Notes: generated by a model from the letters alone, not told the origin. 63,645 nt of DNA, filler included, from Chiloscyllium plagiosum (GCF_004010195.1; 4 parts of one record of this genome joined end to end with filler, not necessarily neighbours in it); one strand, 5' to 3'; counted from the first letter of the whole stretch, positions 25,107 to 37,620 are shown. A program made the numbers and translations.

Positions 25107-25732
25107 ATATTGGGGAGACTGGGCGCCTCCTGGCAGAGTGCTTTAGGGAACATTTCCGGGACACCCGCACCAATCAACCAAACCATCCCGTGGCCCAATA
25201 TTTCAACTCCCCCTCCCACTCTGCNGAGGACATGGAGGTCCTGGGCCTCCTTCACCGCCGCTCCCTCACCACCAGATGCCTGGAGGAAGAACGCCTCATC
25301 TTCCGCCTCCGAACACTTCAACCCCAGGGCATCAATGTGGGCGTCAACAGCTTCCTCATTTCCCCTTCCCCCACCTCATCCTAGTTTCAAACTTCTAGCT
25401 CCGCACTGTCCCCTTGACTTGTCCGGACTTGTCCGACCTGCCGAGCTCCTTTTCCACCTATCCACTCCGCCCTCTCCTCCCTGACCTATCACCTTCATCT
25501 CCTCCCCCACTCACCTATTGTACTCTATGCTACTTTCTCCCCACCCCCACCCCCACCCTCCTCTAGCTTATCTCTCCACGCTTCAGGCTCTCTGCCTTTA
25601 TTCCTGATGAAGGGCTTTTGCCCGAAACGTCGATTTTGCTGCTCGTCGGATGCTGCCTGAACTGCTGTGTTCTTCCAGCACCACTGATCCAGAATCTGGT
25701 TTCCAGCATCTGCAGTCATTGTTTTTACCTGG
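25107..25732 (+). mobile_element. Penelope-like element 3' end (young)
   Basis: IGETGRLLAECFREH..VAQYFNSPSHS..LEEERLIFRLRTLQPQGIN; UTR; intact hammerhead core. Confidence 0.9.
25600..25636 (+). ncRNA. Minimal type I hammerhead ribozyme motif
   Basis: CTGATGA (25604-25610)-A-GGGC-TTTT-GCCC-GAAAC-GTC; predicted cleavage after 25631; palindromic ACGT in place of stem III. Confidence 0.75.
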
Positions 25733-26589
25733 TAACTGAGATGGCTGTCCATTTCATGTCAGATTTGACAAAGGGTCAGTTAGACTCGAAATGTCAGCTC
25801 TTTTCTCTCCTCACAGATGCTGCCAGACTTGCTGAGATTTTCCAGCTTTTACTCTTTTGGTTTCAGATTCCAGCATCCGCAGTAATTTGCTTTTAGCCAA
25901 TCTATCCAATCGTGGCCATACTTAGAGCCCCTATTGCACTGGTGTAGTATTTTACCAACGGTGGAGTGGCTCCTCACTGTTTGTGAAGGTCACCAGGCTA
26001 ATCGAGGCTCATCTCCCAGGCTAGCCAAGGAGATGTATGATTTCAGGCCCTTCTATAAACAGGCCTGTGGAGGAAAGTTTCATTTTTAACTCAGGCTTTG
26101 GTTTATCAAACTCCTAACTTCAATCCAGGTATTGTATCAGTTGTTGCAGTACAGCTATCAGCATGTATTACTGCATGTCCTCTGGTTGTGCCTGTGGCAG
26201 GGTGAGAGTTAGGGTGAAGGTTTGGGTTAACCGTATCTTTATCGCAGTAACAGGCTCCCAAGAAATTCCACAGGTCATGAGCCTGACATATTGTGGGAAA
26301 GTGAACCTTGTCAAACAATCACACCTGGTCAAAAGTTTTCTTTAGTCAAAGGGTGTTATTATAATATTGGAATATGTTTCTGAACAATAACATTTTCTAT
26401 CCAACTGACAACTACACAGAAGGAATAAAAAATGTCAGTGTGTGGTTTTTGGGTGTGTGTGGATTGTTGTTGTTGTAGCAATCACAAGACTGTACATGCT
26501 GAGGCATTTATTTCAACAATGTGAACTCTAATTGCCTTTTTATAAAAATGAAACTAGAAGTGAGAGGGTAGAGCTATCCAACTTGGCTT

Positions 26590-26826
26590 CTCCCTTCCCA
26601 CCCGTCCACTCCACCCTCCTCTCTGACCTATCACCTCCATCCCCACCCCCATTCACCTATTGTACTCTTTGTTACCTTCTCCCACCCCCCTCCCCATTTA
26701 TCTCTCCACCCTGGAGGCTTTCTGCCTCTATTCCTGATAAAGGGCTTTTGCCCGAAACGTCGATCTTCCTGCTCCTCGGATGCTACCTGACCTGCTGTGC
26801 TTTTCCCGCACCACTCTGATCTAATC
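26590..26826 (+). mobile_element. Penelope-like 3' UTR/end fragment
   Basis: Similar to 25450-25700; hammerhead core mutated to CTGATAA (26734-26740). Confidence 0.8.
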
Positions 26827-26989
26827 TCTTCTCAACTACAGGCAGCTGTGGGATCACCTCATTAAATCTTTTTACAATTTTAAAAGGGGTTTCAGTGGGC
26901 AGAGGGAGAGAAGGTAATTCCATTATTATTGGATTCCAAATCTAGGACACATTAATTCAAGGAAATCACGAATAAATCCGATTTGGAGT

Positions 26990-27235
26990 CACCGGTGTTG
27001 GACTGGAGCGTATAAAGTTAATAATCACATAACACCAAGTTATAGTCCAACAGGTTTATTTGCAAGCATTAGCTTTTGGAGCATTGGTTTGGAGTAGAAG
27101 ATCATAGGACACAGAATTTATAGCCAATGTTTACAGTGTGATGTAACTGAAATTAAATATTGAAAAATACTTGGATTGTTTCCCAAGTCTCTCATCTTTT
27201 AGAATGGGCATTTTGGTTTCTGTTCTTTCATATGT
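26990..27235. repeat. Dispersed repeat, probably the end of another Penelope-like family
   Basis: AATCACATAACACCAAGTTATAGTCCAACAGGTTTATTTG..AGCATTAGCTT recurs at about 543-596. Confidence 0.5.
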
Positions 27236-27359
27236 TCTTTAAAACGAATAAATACAAGAAGGAACACAGGAGGAAGTTTGTGTCTGAGAATGCCAAAGTG
27301 GCCCTCACATTGGAATGGTTGAGATCATTGGCATAAACACATTGAAAGGCAAGCTCAGG

Positions 27360-27858
27360 TCCATGTGAGAGGAATAGAAGGGCGTCTCGATAAGATGATA
27401 AGTAAGTGGGTGGAGGTTTGTCTGAAGCCTCAGGACCAGCAACGGCTGGAACGTTCAGTAACTGCAACTGTGCAGCACAGAGCTCACATCCAGCCCGACT
27501 CCAATCCAGCGCCAGTTCAAAGGGACCATATTCTCGCCATCCTACACACACGCAGATTCCTGTTTGCCCAGCAGCATTGCCGTCAGCTGCAGACTCGCAA
27601 CCATCTTCCACTGAACCGATGTGAGCTGGGAATTTGCGGAAGCTGCTGACCGCTTTCAGTTTCGGGGATTTCCGCAAGAGAGTACGCAGGAGCAGTACCA
27701 TCTCACTTCACTGCCACAAAACCGGCCTTTATTGCCCCCTTCCTCCAGCGAGGCTTTACCAGTCGGTGGGAGAGACTGAGGAGGCTGTGGGCTGGTAATC
27801 CAGCGGCACAGTGAGAACCTCAGGGAGAGCTGGCAGCAAAGAGGAACATCTGCTATTG
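27360..27858 (+). promoter_or_regulatory. CpG-rich promoter and candidate non-coding first exon ending at a splice donor
   Basis: Non-repetitive GC/CpG-enriched island in CpG-poor surroundings; TTG|GTAAGT donor at 27858/27859. Confidence 0.6.
27654..27673. promoter_or_regulatory. Abutting ISRE/IRF site and NF-kB site
   Basis: TTTCAGTTTC (27654-27663, = GAAACTGAAA) directly followed by GGGGATTTCC (27664-27673); a weaker kB-like GGGAATTTGC at 27628-27637. Confidence 0.6.
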
Positions 27859-28067
27859 GTAAGTCACCCAAGAAACTGCAACTACCATCACCCTTATCTG
27901 CAACTGTGTGCACTTATTCATCTCCTTCATCATCATCACCCACCTTCTCAGCTGGGTGTTTCAAACAATGCATTCCTTTTATGCTTTAATTTTATCTTAC
28001 TTGATTTGTTTTTTGGCTGACCAGAGGGAGTAATGTATAGCATGAGGATCTGTCAGCTCGGAGATTG

Positions 28068-28079
28068 AGTTTCGATTTC
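28068..28079. promoter_or_regulatory. ISRE consensus
   Basis: AGTTTCGATTTC matches AGTTTCNNTTTC. Confidence 0.5.
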
Positions 28080-28254
28080 GGTCTCCATTTAGTTTCCTGA
28101 AAGAATAGCCATCCACAGGAAAGCACAGTCCTCAAATACTCATTCCCCGTTTCAACTAAAACCCAGGCGCTGAGCAATTCTGCTTTGTTTAAAATGTCGA
28201 CGTCAAACGCCAAATGCCATTTCTTTTGAAAACCCACTGATTTGTTTGTCTTCA

Positions 28255-28268
28255 ATTGCTATGGCAAC
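28255..28268. promoter_or_regulatory. RFX X-box
   Basis: ATTGCTATGGCAAC, 13/14 match to GTTGCTATGGCAAC. Confidence 0.5.
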
Positions 28269-28399
28269 CCAGTAACTGCAGGTTAAATGCACTCAAATGT
28301 TGACTGGCGGTGGCTTCCTACAGCAGTCGAGGATGTGGAAAAGGCTGACTCTCTCTCTCTGTGTATTGGGTAGACAGTGAGACATGGCAAGATTGTGAG

Positions 28400-28525
28400 G
28401 GAAGCTGCCACCAAGGCGCAGTGGGGAAAGACCACTGGCTGAGGTCTTCCTGCTGAAGTTAAATGAGGTGGGGGGGTCGGTTCAGTTATTTGACCCTCCT
28501 GGTTCCTCAAATGCACTTAAATGTG
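28400..28525 (+). mobile_element. Tx1-type LINE 3' fragment
   Basis: AGCTGCCACCAAGGCGCAGTGGGGAAAGACCACT matches 54030-54063. Confidence 0.7.
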
Positions 28526-28529
28526 GTCT

Positions 28530-28593
28530 GTTACAAACCGGCAGACAAGGGAGGCGCGGTAGTAGTTTGGCACACCGATCTTTACACCGCTGA
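28530..28593 (+). mobile_element. Penelope-like RT fragment running into a gap
   Basis: KPADKGGAVVVW motif. Confidence 0.75.
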
Positions 28594-28693
28594 NNNNNNN
28601 NNNNNNNNNNNNNNNNNNNNNNNNNNNNNNNNNNNNNTTAATTAATTAANNNNNNNNNNNNNNNNNNNNNNNNNNNNNNNNNNNNNNNNNNNN
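28594..28693. other. Assembly gap with artificial linker
   Basis: 44 N + TTAATTAATTAA + 44 N. Confidence 0.97.
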
Positions 28694-29945
28694 CTGTCTG
28701 TACCTGACATATGCTTCCTTCTTTTTCTTAATCAAACTGTCAATTTCTTTAGTCATCCAGCATTCCCTATACCTACCAGCCTTTCCTTTCACCCTGACAG
28801 GAATATGCTTTCTCTGGATTCTTGTTATTTCATTTCTGAAGGCTTCCCATTTTCCAACTGTCCCTTTACCTGCGAACATCTGCCCCCAATCAGCTTTTGA
28901 AAGTTCTTGCCTAATACCGTCAAAATTGGCCTTTCTCCAATTTAGAACTTCAACTTTTAGATCTGGTCTATCCTTTTCCATCACTATTTAAAAACGAATA
29001 GAATTATGGTCGTTGGCCCCAAAGTGCTCCCCCACTGACATCTCAATCACCTGGCCTGCCTTATTTCCCAAGAGTAGGTCAAGTTTTGCACCTTCTCTAG
29101 TAGGTACATCCATACTGAATCAGAAAATTGTCTTGTACACACTTAAGAAATTCCTCTCCATCTAAACCTTTAACACTATGGCAGTCCCAGTCAATGTTTG
29201 GAAAGTTAAAATGCCCTACCATAACTACCCTATTATTCTTACAGATAATTGAGAAACAGATTTATAAGGAGATTTCAATTTCCCTCTGACTATTAGGGGG
29301 TCTATAAGGTGATTATCCCTTTCTTATTTCTCAGTTCCACCCAAATTACTTCCCTCGATGTATTTCCAGGAATATCCTCCCTCTGCACAGCTCTAATGCT
29401 ATCCCTTATCAAAAATGCCACTCCCCCTCCTCTCTTGCCTCCCTTTCTATCCTTCCTGTGGCATTTGTATCCTGGAACATTCAGCTGCCAGTCCTGCCCA
29501 TCCCTGAGCCATGTTTCCATAATTGCTATGATATCCCAGTCCCATGTTCCTAACCATGCCCAGAGTTCATCTGCCTTCCCTGTTAGGCCCCTTGCATTGA
29601 AATAAATGTAGTTTAATTTATTAGTCCTACCTTGTCCCTGCCTGCCCTGACTGTTTGACTCGCTTGTGTTCTCAGCTGTACCCATCTCAGATCGATCTCT
29701 TTCCTCACTATCTCCCCTGCCCCCCCCCTTCTGTCCTCCTATTTCTGCCCTCACTAGCTCTTGGCACTGGGAGTAATCCAGATATTACTACCCTTGAGGA
29801 CCTCCTTTTTAAATTTCTGCCAAATCTCTGTAATCTCCCTTCAGAGTCTCAACCTTTTCCCTTCCAATGTCATTGGTTCCAATGTGGACAATGACCTCCT
29901 GCTGACCCCTCTCCCCCGTGAGAACATTCTGCACCCTCTCGAAGA
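28694..29945 (-). mobile_element. Young CR1 LINE: ORF1 remnant and APE endonuclease
   Basis: YFNARGLTGKADEL..WDIIAIMETWL..NVPGYKCHRKDRKGGKRGGGVAFLI; LNWRKANFDGIRQEL. Confidence 0.95.
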
Positions 29946-30574
29946 CTAAGACTTATCCAACTTAATGTTTCTTTAAGAGACTCAACACCACTTCTTTCTT
30001 GATCTCAAATGTCCTAGCATATTAACATGCTCCATATTAATATTGCTGATGTTGCCCATAACCAGAGAGTTAAAAAGGGAAAGTGATAACGTCTTAAAAC
30101 TGCTAGTCAGAAATTTCAATAGTCTGCTTCTAACCTTTTACCCCATAATCTGAGTTAGCTCGGCACCAAGATTGTCCACTGTCCTGGAGTGGTGCTAGCA
30201 ACTAGAGTGTCACAAAACTTAACTTTCTAAGCTTCCTTTTAATGAAAATAAAACACAACTGATGTCTCCATTAGCGAAATATCTTAAACTCTAAGACCTG
30301 CACTATAGGTCTGAGATTTAAACTTGAAAAGGACTGCCCAGAAATTTGGACACTCCTGGCACCTCCTACTCCAATTCTCAAAAGATAGCAAGTTACCCAA
30401 AGGAAACAGTTCAAAAATCTAAATGCAAACACACTAAAGTGGCAAACAAATCTCCAGCCACAAATAGAAAACAATAACTTCACAGTCGTTTGGGATCACA
30501 TTGTGGGCCCTCAAGTGTACAAATTTGAAACATGCACTAAAACATGTAATATTTCTCACAAACCACTCACGAAA

Positions 30575-30918
30575 ACATGGTGGCACAGTGGCTGGCACTG
30601 CTGCCTGACAGCACCAGGGACCCATGTTCAAACCCACCCTTGGGCAACTGCCTACGTGGCTTTTGCACATTTTCCCCATGTTTGGTCTGGTTTTCTCCGA
30701 GTGGTCTGGTTTCCTCCCATGGTCCAGAAAAGTGTAAATTAGGTGGTTCGGTCATGCTAAATTGCCCATTTTGTCCAGAAATGTGCAGGCAAGGTGAATT
30801 ATCCATGGTAAGTGTGGGGTTACAGGAAATAGGTTAAGGCCTGGGTCTGGGTGCGGTGCTCCTTGAAGGGTCAGTGCACACTCGATGGGCCGACTGGCCT
30901 CTTTTCACACTGCAGGAA
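30575..30918 (+). mobile_element. HE1-like V-SINE (older copy)
   Basis: GGTGGCACAGTGG..GTTCAAACCC..V-domain..GGGCCGACTGGCCTC tail. Confidence 0.85.
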
Positions 30919-31138
30919 TCTTCATATTCTTCTTCTGTGTAAACCTGTTGTTATTAATGGTTGACACTTAACACTGTTGTTACGATGGAAAAATAAATGA
31001 ACTTTGACTAATTCCATATTTGAGGCAAACTGTCTGAGGACACAAGAATAGTGTAAAAATGGATCCATTTAAGCTGGAAATAAGGCAGTTTGTTCAAGCA
31101 CAGTGAAGTGTTTTGTTCTGCATCTGGCCAAAATCAAC

Positions 31139-31297
31139 CAAAAGCACAGTTAATACCACCTGGAGTGAAACTGAAACTGCCCCATTCCAAATGGGGACCA
31201 ACTCTGTCAATATCATTAGTGCCTCAATTCATTGAATTGGTTTCCATTTGAAATAGGGCAGTTTCAGATACGTTACTGGCAGTATTAACCATGCTTT
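31139..31297. repeat. Imperfect inverted repeat with ~65-bp arms
   Basis: AAAGCACAGTTAATAC..CTGAAACTGCCCCATTCCAAATGGGGACCAACTC versus GAATTGGTTTCCATTTGAAATAGGGCAGTTTCAG..GTATTAACCATGCTTTT. Confidence 0.75.
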
Positions 31298-31874
31298 TGT
31301 CTCAATGAATTGCGACACCAGTTCTTTCAGGATGCAAGTCAACTAAATGGGTAAATCTACTCCACGAAGCACACAAGTGTCAAAACCTTTTATTGTTTAC
31401 TATTAAAAAAATTAGCACATGGAAATGCACAAAACTTAAAAAGATTAAAAACAGATTAGGAGGGCATTAAGACACATTTTTGTAGCACATGACAGCTATT
31501 CAGATAAACAAAGTTTTGTTGCATATTGTTCTGTACTTAATTGCAGACTTATTAAAACTCCAGAAATTAAATGCAAGACTGCTCGCTCAAGTGCTTACTA
31601 AGTTCACTATTTTCATGTTCTTTAGTGCTCAAAGTGAAGATGACATTACTGGGAAACTGCTCACTTTTGATATGTCACTGACAAGGAACTCCCATCTCAA
31701 ATACAGAATACACCAAAATACAGAACAAAGCTCATCTTACCCTACTCCAATATTAGTACAGCTGTTCAGCTCATGAGCATGATTTTAAAAACCACCCCAC
31801 ACTACATATAGAATCAATCATAAAAAAAACATATATCCCATTAAACCAGTCTGGATTTAAATCTACAATTGTGG

Positions 31875-32195
31875 AGAAGTGGTGTCGTTGTAAAGTCACT
31901 GGACGAGTAACCCAGAACCCCCGGGGTGATGTTCTGAGGACATGCATTCAGATGATAAAAGTTGAATTCAATAAAAATCAGGAATAAAAAGCTAGCATAA
32001 TAGCAACCAATGTTAATTGATGTAAATACCTACTTGTTCATGAATGCCCTTCAAGCACTGGTGCCTTTTAGGGAATGCAATCTGCCATGCTTAGCTGTTC
32101 TGGCCAACAGGAGCCTCCAGATACACAGCAATGAGCCTGACTCATCACTCTCCTCTGGGCAATTAGGGATGGGCAATAAATGTTGGCCCAGCCAG
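31875..32195 (+). mobile_element. Second-family SINE
   Basis: Ends GGGCAATTAGGGATGGGCAATAAATGTTGGCCCAGCCAG. Confidence 0.8.
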
Positions 32196-33314
32196 CTATG
32201 CAACACATTTCAAAAACGAAAAAGATCCAGATTTTGGAAACTCTCTCAAACTGGTTCTCATATTTTAATTATTCGCTCAACAGCTGTAAGCGTCTACTTC
32301 ATACACTCAGGCTAGGATGGTTTTAATTTCTCAACTTCACGTGCCAAGGCAGAAGGGCAGGGGAGAATTACAAACCATTTAATGCAGATAAAACCATCCA
32401 ACTCAACAAGGTCCACAGCACCAAACGTTCTGTTTTTTTTTGTTAATACAACGGAGAGTGAAAAAGTACTGCTACGGTTACACAATTTTTAAAAGATTGT
32501 GAAGTTTCACATTGCAGTAAGACAAAAATTGTCAGAAGCAAAACATACCTTTCAAGACAATTGATGTTTGTAAGGAAAACTCAGTTTCTGGCAGCTAGAC
32601 TATCACAGCATCAAGTAGTAATGGCGTGGACCTCCAATCAAACATCTGGTTGCTACATTACAAAACTGAAATATGATTAAGTTTGGTAGCTGAGGCAGAA
32701 ACCCTCAAACGTATTGTAGCAAACCTGGATCTGCACCCAAAGGGATACCAGGTGTCAGAAAGTAAGGTTAGAATGTGCAGCTAGTTTATCCAGCTGGCTC
32801 AAATACAAATGGGTTAAACGGCTTCTTTCTGAGCTACAATATATTTTATGGCTCTAGTGTACTGACATCTGCAAGGCCAGAGGTGACATGATAGGGTGGA
32901 AGCTGAAAGGATGTATTCCCCTGTGGAGCAGCCAAGAACCATGGGATTACAATTTACAATTAAGGAGACTCCACCTAAGATAGAGATGAGAAGAAATCTG
33001 TTCTCTCAGAGGATACGTAATTTCTTCCCCACAGAGATGCAAAGGCAAGGTCAATGAATATTTTTAAAGTAGAGTTATGGATTCTTAATCCATAAAGCCA
33101 AAGAGTTTTGGATGTAGGCAGGAAGATAGAGGCCAGAATCAGATTAGTCACGGTTTTCTATTTAATACTGCAGTCTTGACTGACTGTATCATCTACTTCT
33201 GCCTCTAAGTCATGTTTATATGCTCAACTCAAAGCCCACATCAAATAGCTGGAATTTTATTGTTTAAAAAGCTTTTCATGCTAGTCAATTAATTCCCAAT
33301 TCTTTTGGCTAACC

Positions 33315-33950
33315 TATGCTTTCTTTTATTGGTCAGAGTATTGAGTACAGGAGTTGGGAGGTCATGTTGCAACTGTACAGGACACTGGTTAGGTGACTGT
33401 TGGAATATTGCGTGCAATTCTAGTCTCCTTCCTATCAGAAAGATGTTGTGAAGCTTGAAAGGGTTCAGAAAAGATTTACAAGGATGTTGCCAGGGTTGGA
33501 GGCTTTGAGCTATAGGGAGAGGCTGAACAGGCTGGGGCTGTTTTCCCTGGAGCGGAGACTTGAGGGGGTGACCTTAGAGAGGTTTACAAAATTATGAGGG
33601 GCATGGATAGGATAAATAGGCAAAGTATTTTCCCTGGGGTCGGGGAGTCCAGAACTACAGGGCATAGGTTTAGGGTGAGAGGGGAAAGATATAAAAGAGA
33701 CCTAAAGGGCAACCTTTGCACGCAGAGGGTAGTACATGTATGGAATGAGCTGCCAGAGGAAGTGGTGGAGGTTGGTACAATTGCAACAGTTAAGAGGCAT
33801 TTGGATGGGTATATGAATAGGAAGGGTTTGGAGGGATATGGGCCGGGTGCTGGCAGGTGGGACTAGATTGGGTTGGGATATCTGGTCGGCACGGACGGGT
33901 TGGACCGAAGGGTCTATTTCCATGCTGTACAGCTCTAGGACTCTATGACT
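33315..33950 (+). mobile_element. Young CR1 3' end
   Basis: LERVQKRFTRMLPGL..MRGMDRIN..HRFRVRGERYKRDL..WNELPEEVVE; CTCTATGACT tail. Confidence 0.95.
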
Positions 33951-34440
33951 CTTCATGTCTGTCCATCCACCCATCCGTTCAGTCACTCACTCACCTACCA
34001 ATTAAAACCCTCCCAAGACTGGTTTCATCCTGGTTTCCACAGTCATTCCCTGACACTGTGGCTGACAATAATTTTTAGTCTCTATAGTCACCTTCATACG
34101 GCCACCAGCTTTGGTCCCAAAACTGACAACTTCCTAAACTTTCTGCTTCAAAATGAAATTATTAGCTCTACCATTGGACATTTGTTTTGAATAATTCAGG
34201 CTATTGCTCCACAAGGGGTAGAATCCTTCAGCAGACCTTTGATGTATCAAAACTCGATATGCTGGGCAAATAACAGATATCCTTCACATTAAGAAGCTGC
34301 ATCTTTACTGATTAGTTTCATTAGATGTAGCATGCCAGCCCACTGAATATAATACTCCTATCTCGCCACTGGCAATGTACAGTGTTCAGCTTCAATTATA
34401 AGGAGACACAAATTATATGAACAAACAAAATTTGCTTTAA

Positions 34441-34768
34441 AATTCATTCATGGCATGAGGGCATCACTGGCCAGGCCAGCATTTATTGTCCATCCCAGAC
34501 GGCAGTTAAGAGTCAAACAATTGCTGTGGGTCTGTAGTCACATGCAGGCCAGACCAGGTAAGGATGGCAATTTCCTTCCCTAAAGGACATTAGTGAACCA
34601 GATGGGTTTCTCTGACAATCAATCAACAATGGATTCATGGTCATCATTAGATCCTTAATTCCAGATAGTTATTAAATTCAACTTGCACCACCTGCCTGGG
34701 CAGGATTCGAACCTGGAGCTCCAGCCCTGGGTCTCTGAATTAACAGCCAAGTGGTACTGACACCTTCC
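34441..34768 (-). mobile_element. Second-family SINE
   Basis: Similar to 9082-9418; GGTTCGAATCC B box on the minus strand. Confidence 0.85.
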
Positions 34769-35254
34769 CTGATGATAGGTCAAATGAATAGTATTGAAGA
34801 TGGCATAAAAACACCAGTCGCAAACGAAGTACACAGAGAAAGGACAAAGCACAAGTGACGTAAAAGATCGAGAGGACAGAGTAAAAGAAAACTATTAGAA
34901 AGTAGGTAGGATGCGAGTATGCTATGTTAGACATTTACTACGTATCGAGAACAGAATGAACACAGTGTTAAAAGATACAAACTTGTGATCTTTAGGAATG
35001 TTTTATCCCATCTGGCAGAGTTATTTTAAAGGAATTTTATAAAATAAGTTTCCAAGTTTGTTCAAGTTGTGACACATAGATCTGGCCCAACGCTCCAGGA
35101 AATTTGATATCTCAGCAATGAATTTCTGACTCCAGTTCAACAACTTATTCAGATTCTCAACTATCCGCCTGTGATCCTTTTTCGAGGACTATAATACTTT
35201 GCACTCACTATAATATAGTTATCCCAGTAAACTAGGAACTTGCAAACACTTTCA

Positions 35255-35930
35255 TATTTATCCAACCAGATTTGGGGGCAAGCAATCGATTGTGATAGGG
35301 TACTCTTGAGTTAGAGGCACAGACAGACGTTTCCGCAGCCAGTAGCAGAAAATCAGAATGGTGTGTTGCCTCCCTGATGCCAAAATCAAAGATATCTCCG
35401 CAAGGGTGCATAATGTTCTCAAAAGGGGAGAGGGACCAGCAGGGGGTCACTGTACACATTCAAACTAACGATATAGAAAGGGAAAAGGATAAGATTCTGA
35501 AGGGAGAACTCGGAAGTTAGGCAGGAATTTAAAAAGGAGGTCCACAAGGGTAGTTATATCTGGATTACGCCCGGTGATATGAGCTAGTGAGGGTAAGAAT
35601 AGGAGGACAGAGCAGATGAATGTGCGGCGAAGGAGCAGGTGCAGGGGAGAAGGATTCACATTTTTGGATCATTGGAATCTCTTCTGAGGTAGAAGTGACC
35701 TTTACAAGGACGGATTGCACCCAAACTGGAAGGGGACTAATATACTGGCAGGGAGATTTGCTACAGCCGCTCAGGAGAATTTAAACTAGTAAGGTGGGGG
35801 TGTGGTGGGGGAAGGACCAAGGAAATAGTGAGGAAAGAGATCAATCTGAGACTAGAACAGTTGGGAAAATGAACGAGTCAAACAATCAGGACAGGCAGGA
35901 ATAAAGCAGAGAACAAGGTAGGACTGATAA
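35255..35930 (+). mobile_element. CR1 ORF1 (SGNH esterase) remnant
   Basis: VCCLPDAKIKDIS..RVVISGL..GFTFLDHW..DGLHPNWKGTNILAGRF. Confidence 0.85.
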
Positions 35931-36077
35931 ATTATACTCTTGAGCAAACTGGAATGCGTGTAGTCTGGGGACTGGTGGCAAACAAACTGCTCACATCTGG
36001 GACTTTCATGCCCCAGAGCCATGAAATGCTGAAGCAAATAGTTTTCTTTCTCAACTTTGAAAAAGGTTTTTCTCACT

Positions 36078-36547
36078 TATAGAGTCAGAGATGTGCAGCA
36101 TGGAAATAGACCCTTCGATCCAACCCGTCCATGCCGACCAGATATCCCAACCCAATCTAGTCCCACATGCCAGCACCCGGCCCATATCCCTCCAAACCCT
36201 TCCTATTCGTTTACCCTTCCAAATGCCTCTTAAATGTTGCAATTGTACCATCCTCCACCACATCCTCTGGCAGCTCATTCCATACATGTACCACCCTGTG
36301 TGAAAAAGTTGCCCCTTCGGTCTCTTTTATATCTTTCCCCTCTCACCCTAAACCTATGTCCTCTATTTCTGGACTCCCCTACCCCAGGGAAAAGATTTTG
36401 TCTATTTGTCCTATCCATGCCCCTCATAACTTTGTAAACCTCTCTAAGGTCACCCCTCAGCCTCCGACGCTCGAGGGAAAACAGCCCCAGCCTGTTCAGC
36501 CTCTACCTATAGCTCAAATCCTCCAACCCTGGCAACATCCTTGTAAA
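36078..36547 (-). mobile_element. Young CR1 3' end
   Basis: Close reverse complement of 33475-33950. Confidence 0.95.
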
Positions 36548-36959
36548 TACTTATTTACATTGAAATACTAATTTTCTTTCTTAACTACCTCATCAGCCCA
36601 TCAGAGGATTGAGCAACTATCTAGTCCTTGTTCTTATTGATGAGATCTTACCCGACAATGCTAACTTGTGAGGATTCAAAGTTTGCAACTTAACTTATTC
36701 AAAATTCTTCACATTCCCACTTATGTAACATAAAATTATAAAATAAAGCATACCAACAAAGTTTTGTAATTGATAAATCGAACATGGCTCAAGTTTTAGT
36801 ACAATGCCAGTTACATTAATTGTTTAAAAGAGCAAAAAGTGAATACGCATCAGGGCTCAACTAATTGCTGTGTGTAACATCTGATATAAAGCCAAACCAC
36901 AGACCAGGATGATGATAAAGGAAGCTTGATCCCTGATTTGTAGTTCAGCCACATATATT

Positions 36960-37620
36960 GCAAAGCAGTATGCTTTTAAACAGCTTCTCTAGCCCAATAT
37001 AACATCCCAAAGGTCCTTCACCAAACAAAACTTAGCAGTAAAAGTCATTTAAGGAGATGTCAGGGCAGGCAAGACAGATTGCAAGCAGCATCTTCAAAAG
37101 AGGAAAAGAGAACTAATCAAGGTACAGAGTTTTAGGGAGGGAATTCCAGAGTTTAGAATCCTGGCAGCTGAAAGAATAGACCTTATGAAAGCAATAAATA
37201 TCCAGGTATACGCAAGAAGCCAGAAGTCAAGCAGAAGATCTCAGGAATCAAGGATCTGGAGGGAGATTAGAGAAATAGAGAACGGAGCGATCATGAATGA
37301 ATCTGAAAACAACAATCAGAGAATAATGGCTTTGCTCAGAGCCAATTTAGGTCCTTGACCAGAATGGGACTCGCGCACATTCAATTACAGGCAAAGTGCA
37401 GGGTGAGATCAAGTTTTTCACCAATGAGAAATAACAGGCCAGCAGAGATGAGGGTTTCAGTGGCAACTAACCTGAGTTAGAGGCAGTAACTGCAAATTTA
37501 GAGGGAGAAGTAGGTGGAGACAAAGTGAAGGTTTTGTCAGAAGCTTATTTTATGGCTAAACAGAGGGGAGAGGTTACTACCTTGGTCTGGTTCAGTCTCA
37601 GGTCATGGTCAGGGAGCTGA
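36960..37620 (-). mobile_element. Old L2-like LINE 3' fragment
   Basis: GTTTAGGGAGGGAATTCCAGAG..GGCAGCTGAAAG resembles antisense L2 3' region; degenerate. Confidence 0.45.

Noticed and set aside
27228..27701. 157-aa minus ORF with a basic, transit-peptide-like N-terminus
   Set aside because: No recognisable domain or splice donor; long ORFs are expected by chance in a GC-rich island, and + strand exon signals explain the region
28638..28649. TTAATTAATTAA palindrome, also at 53477-53488 and 62074-62085
   Set aside because: Always centred in exactly 44+44 N and gives stops in all six frames; an artificial scaffolding linker
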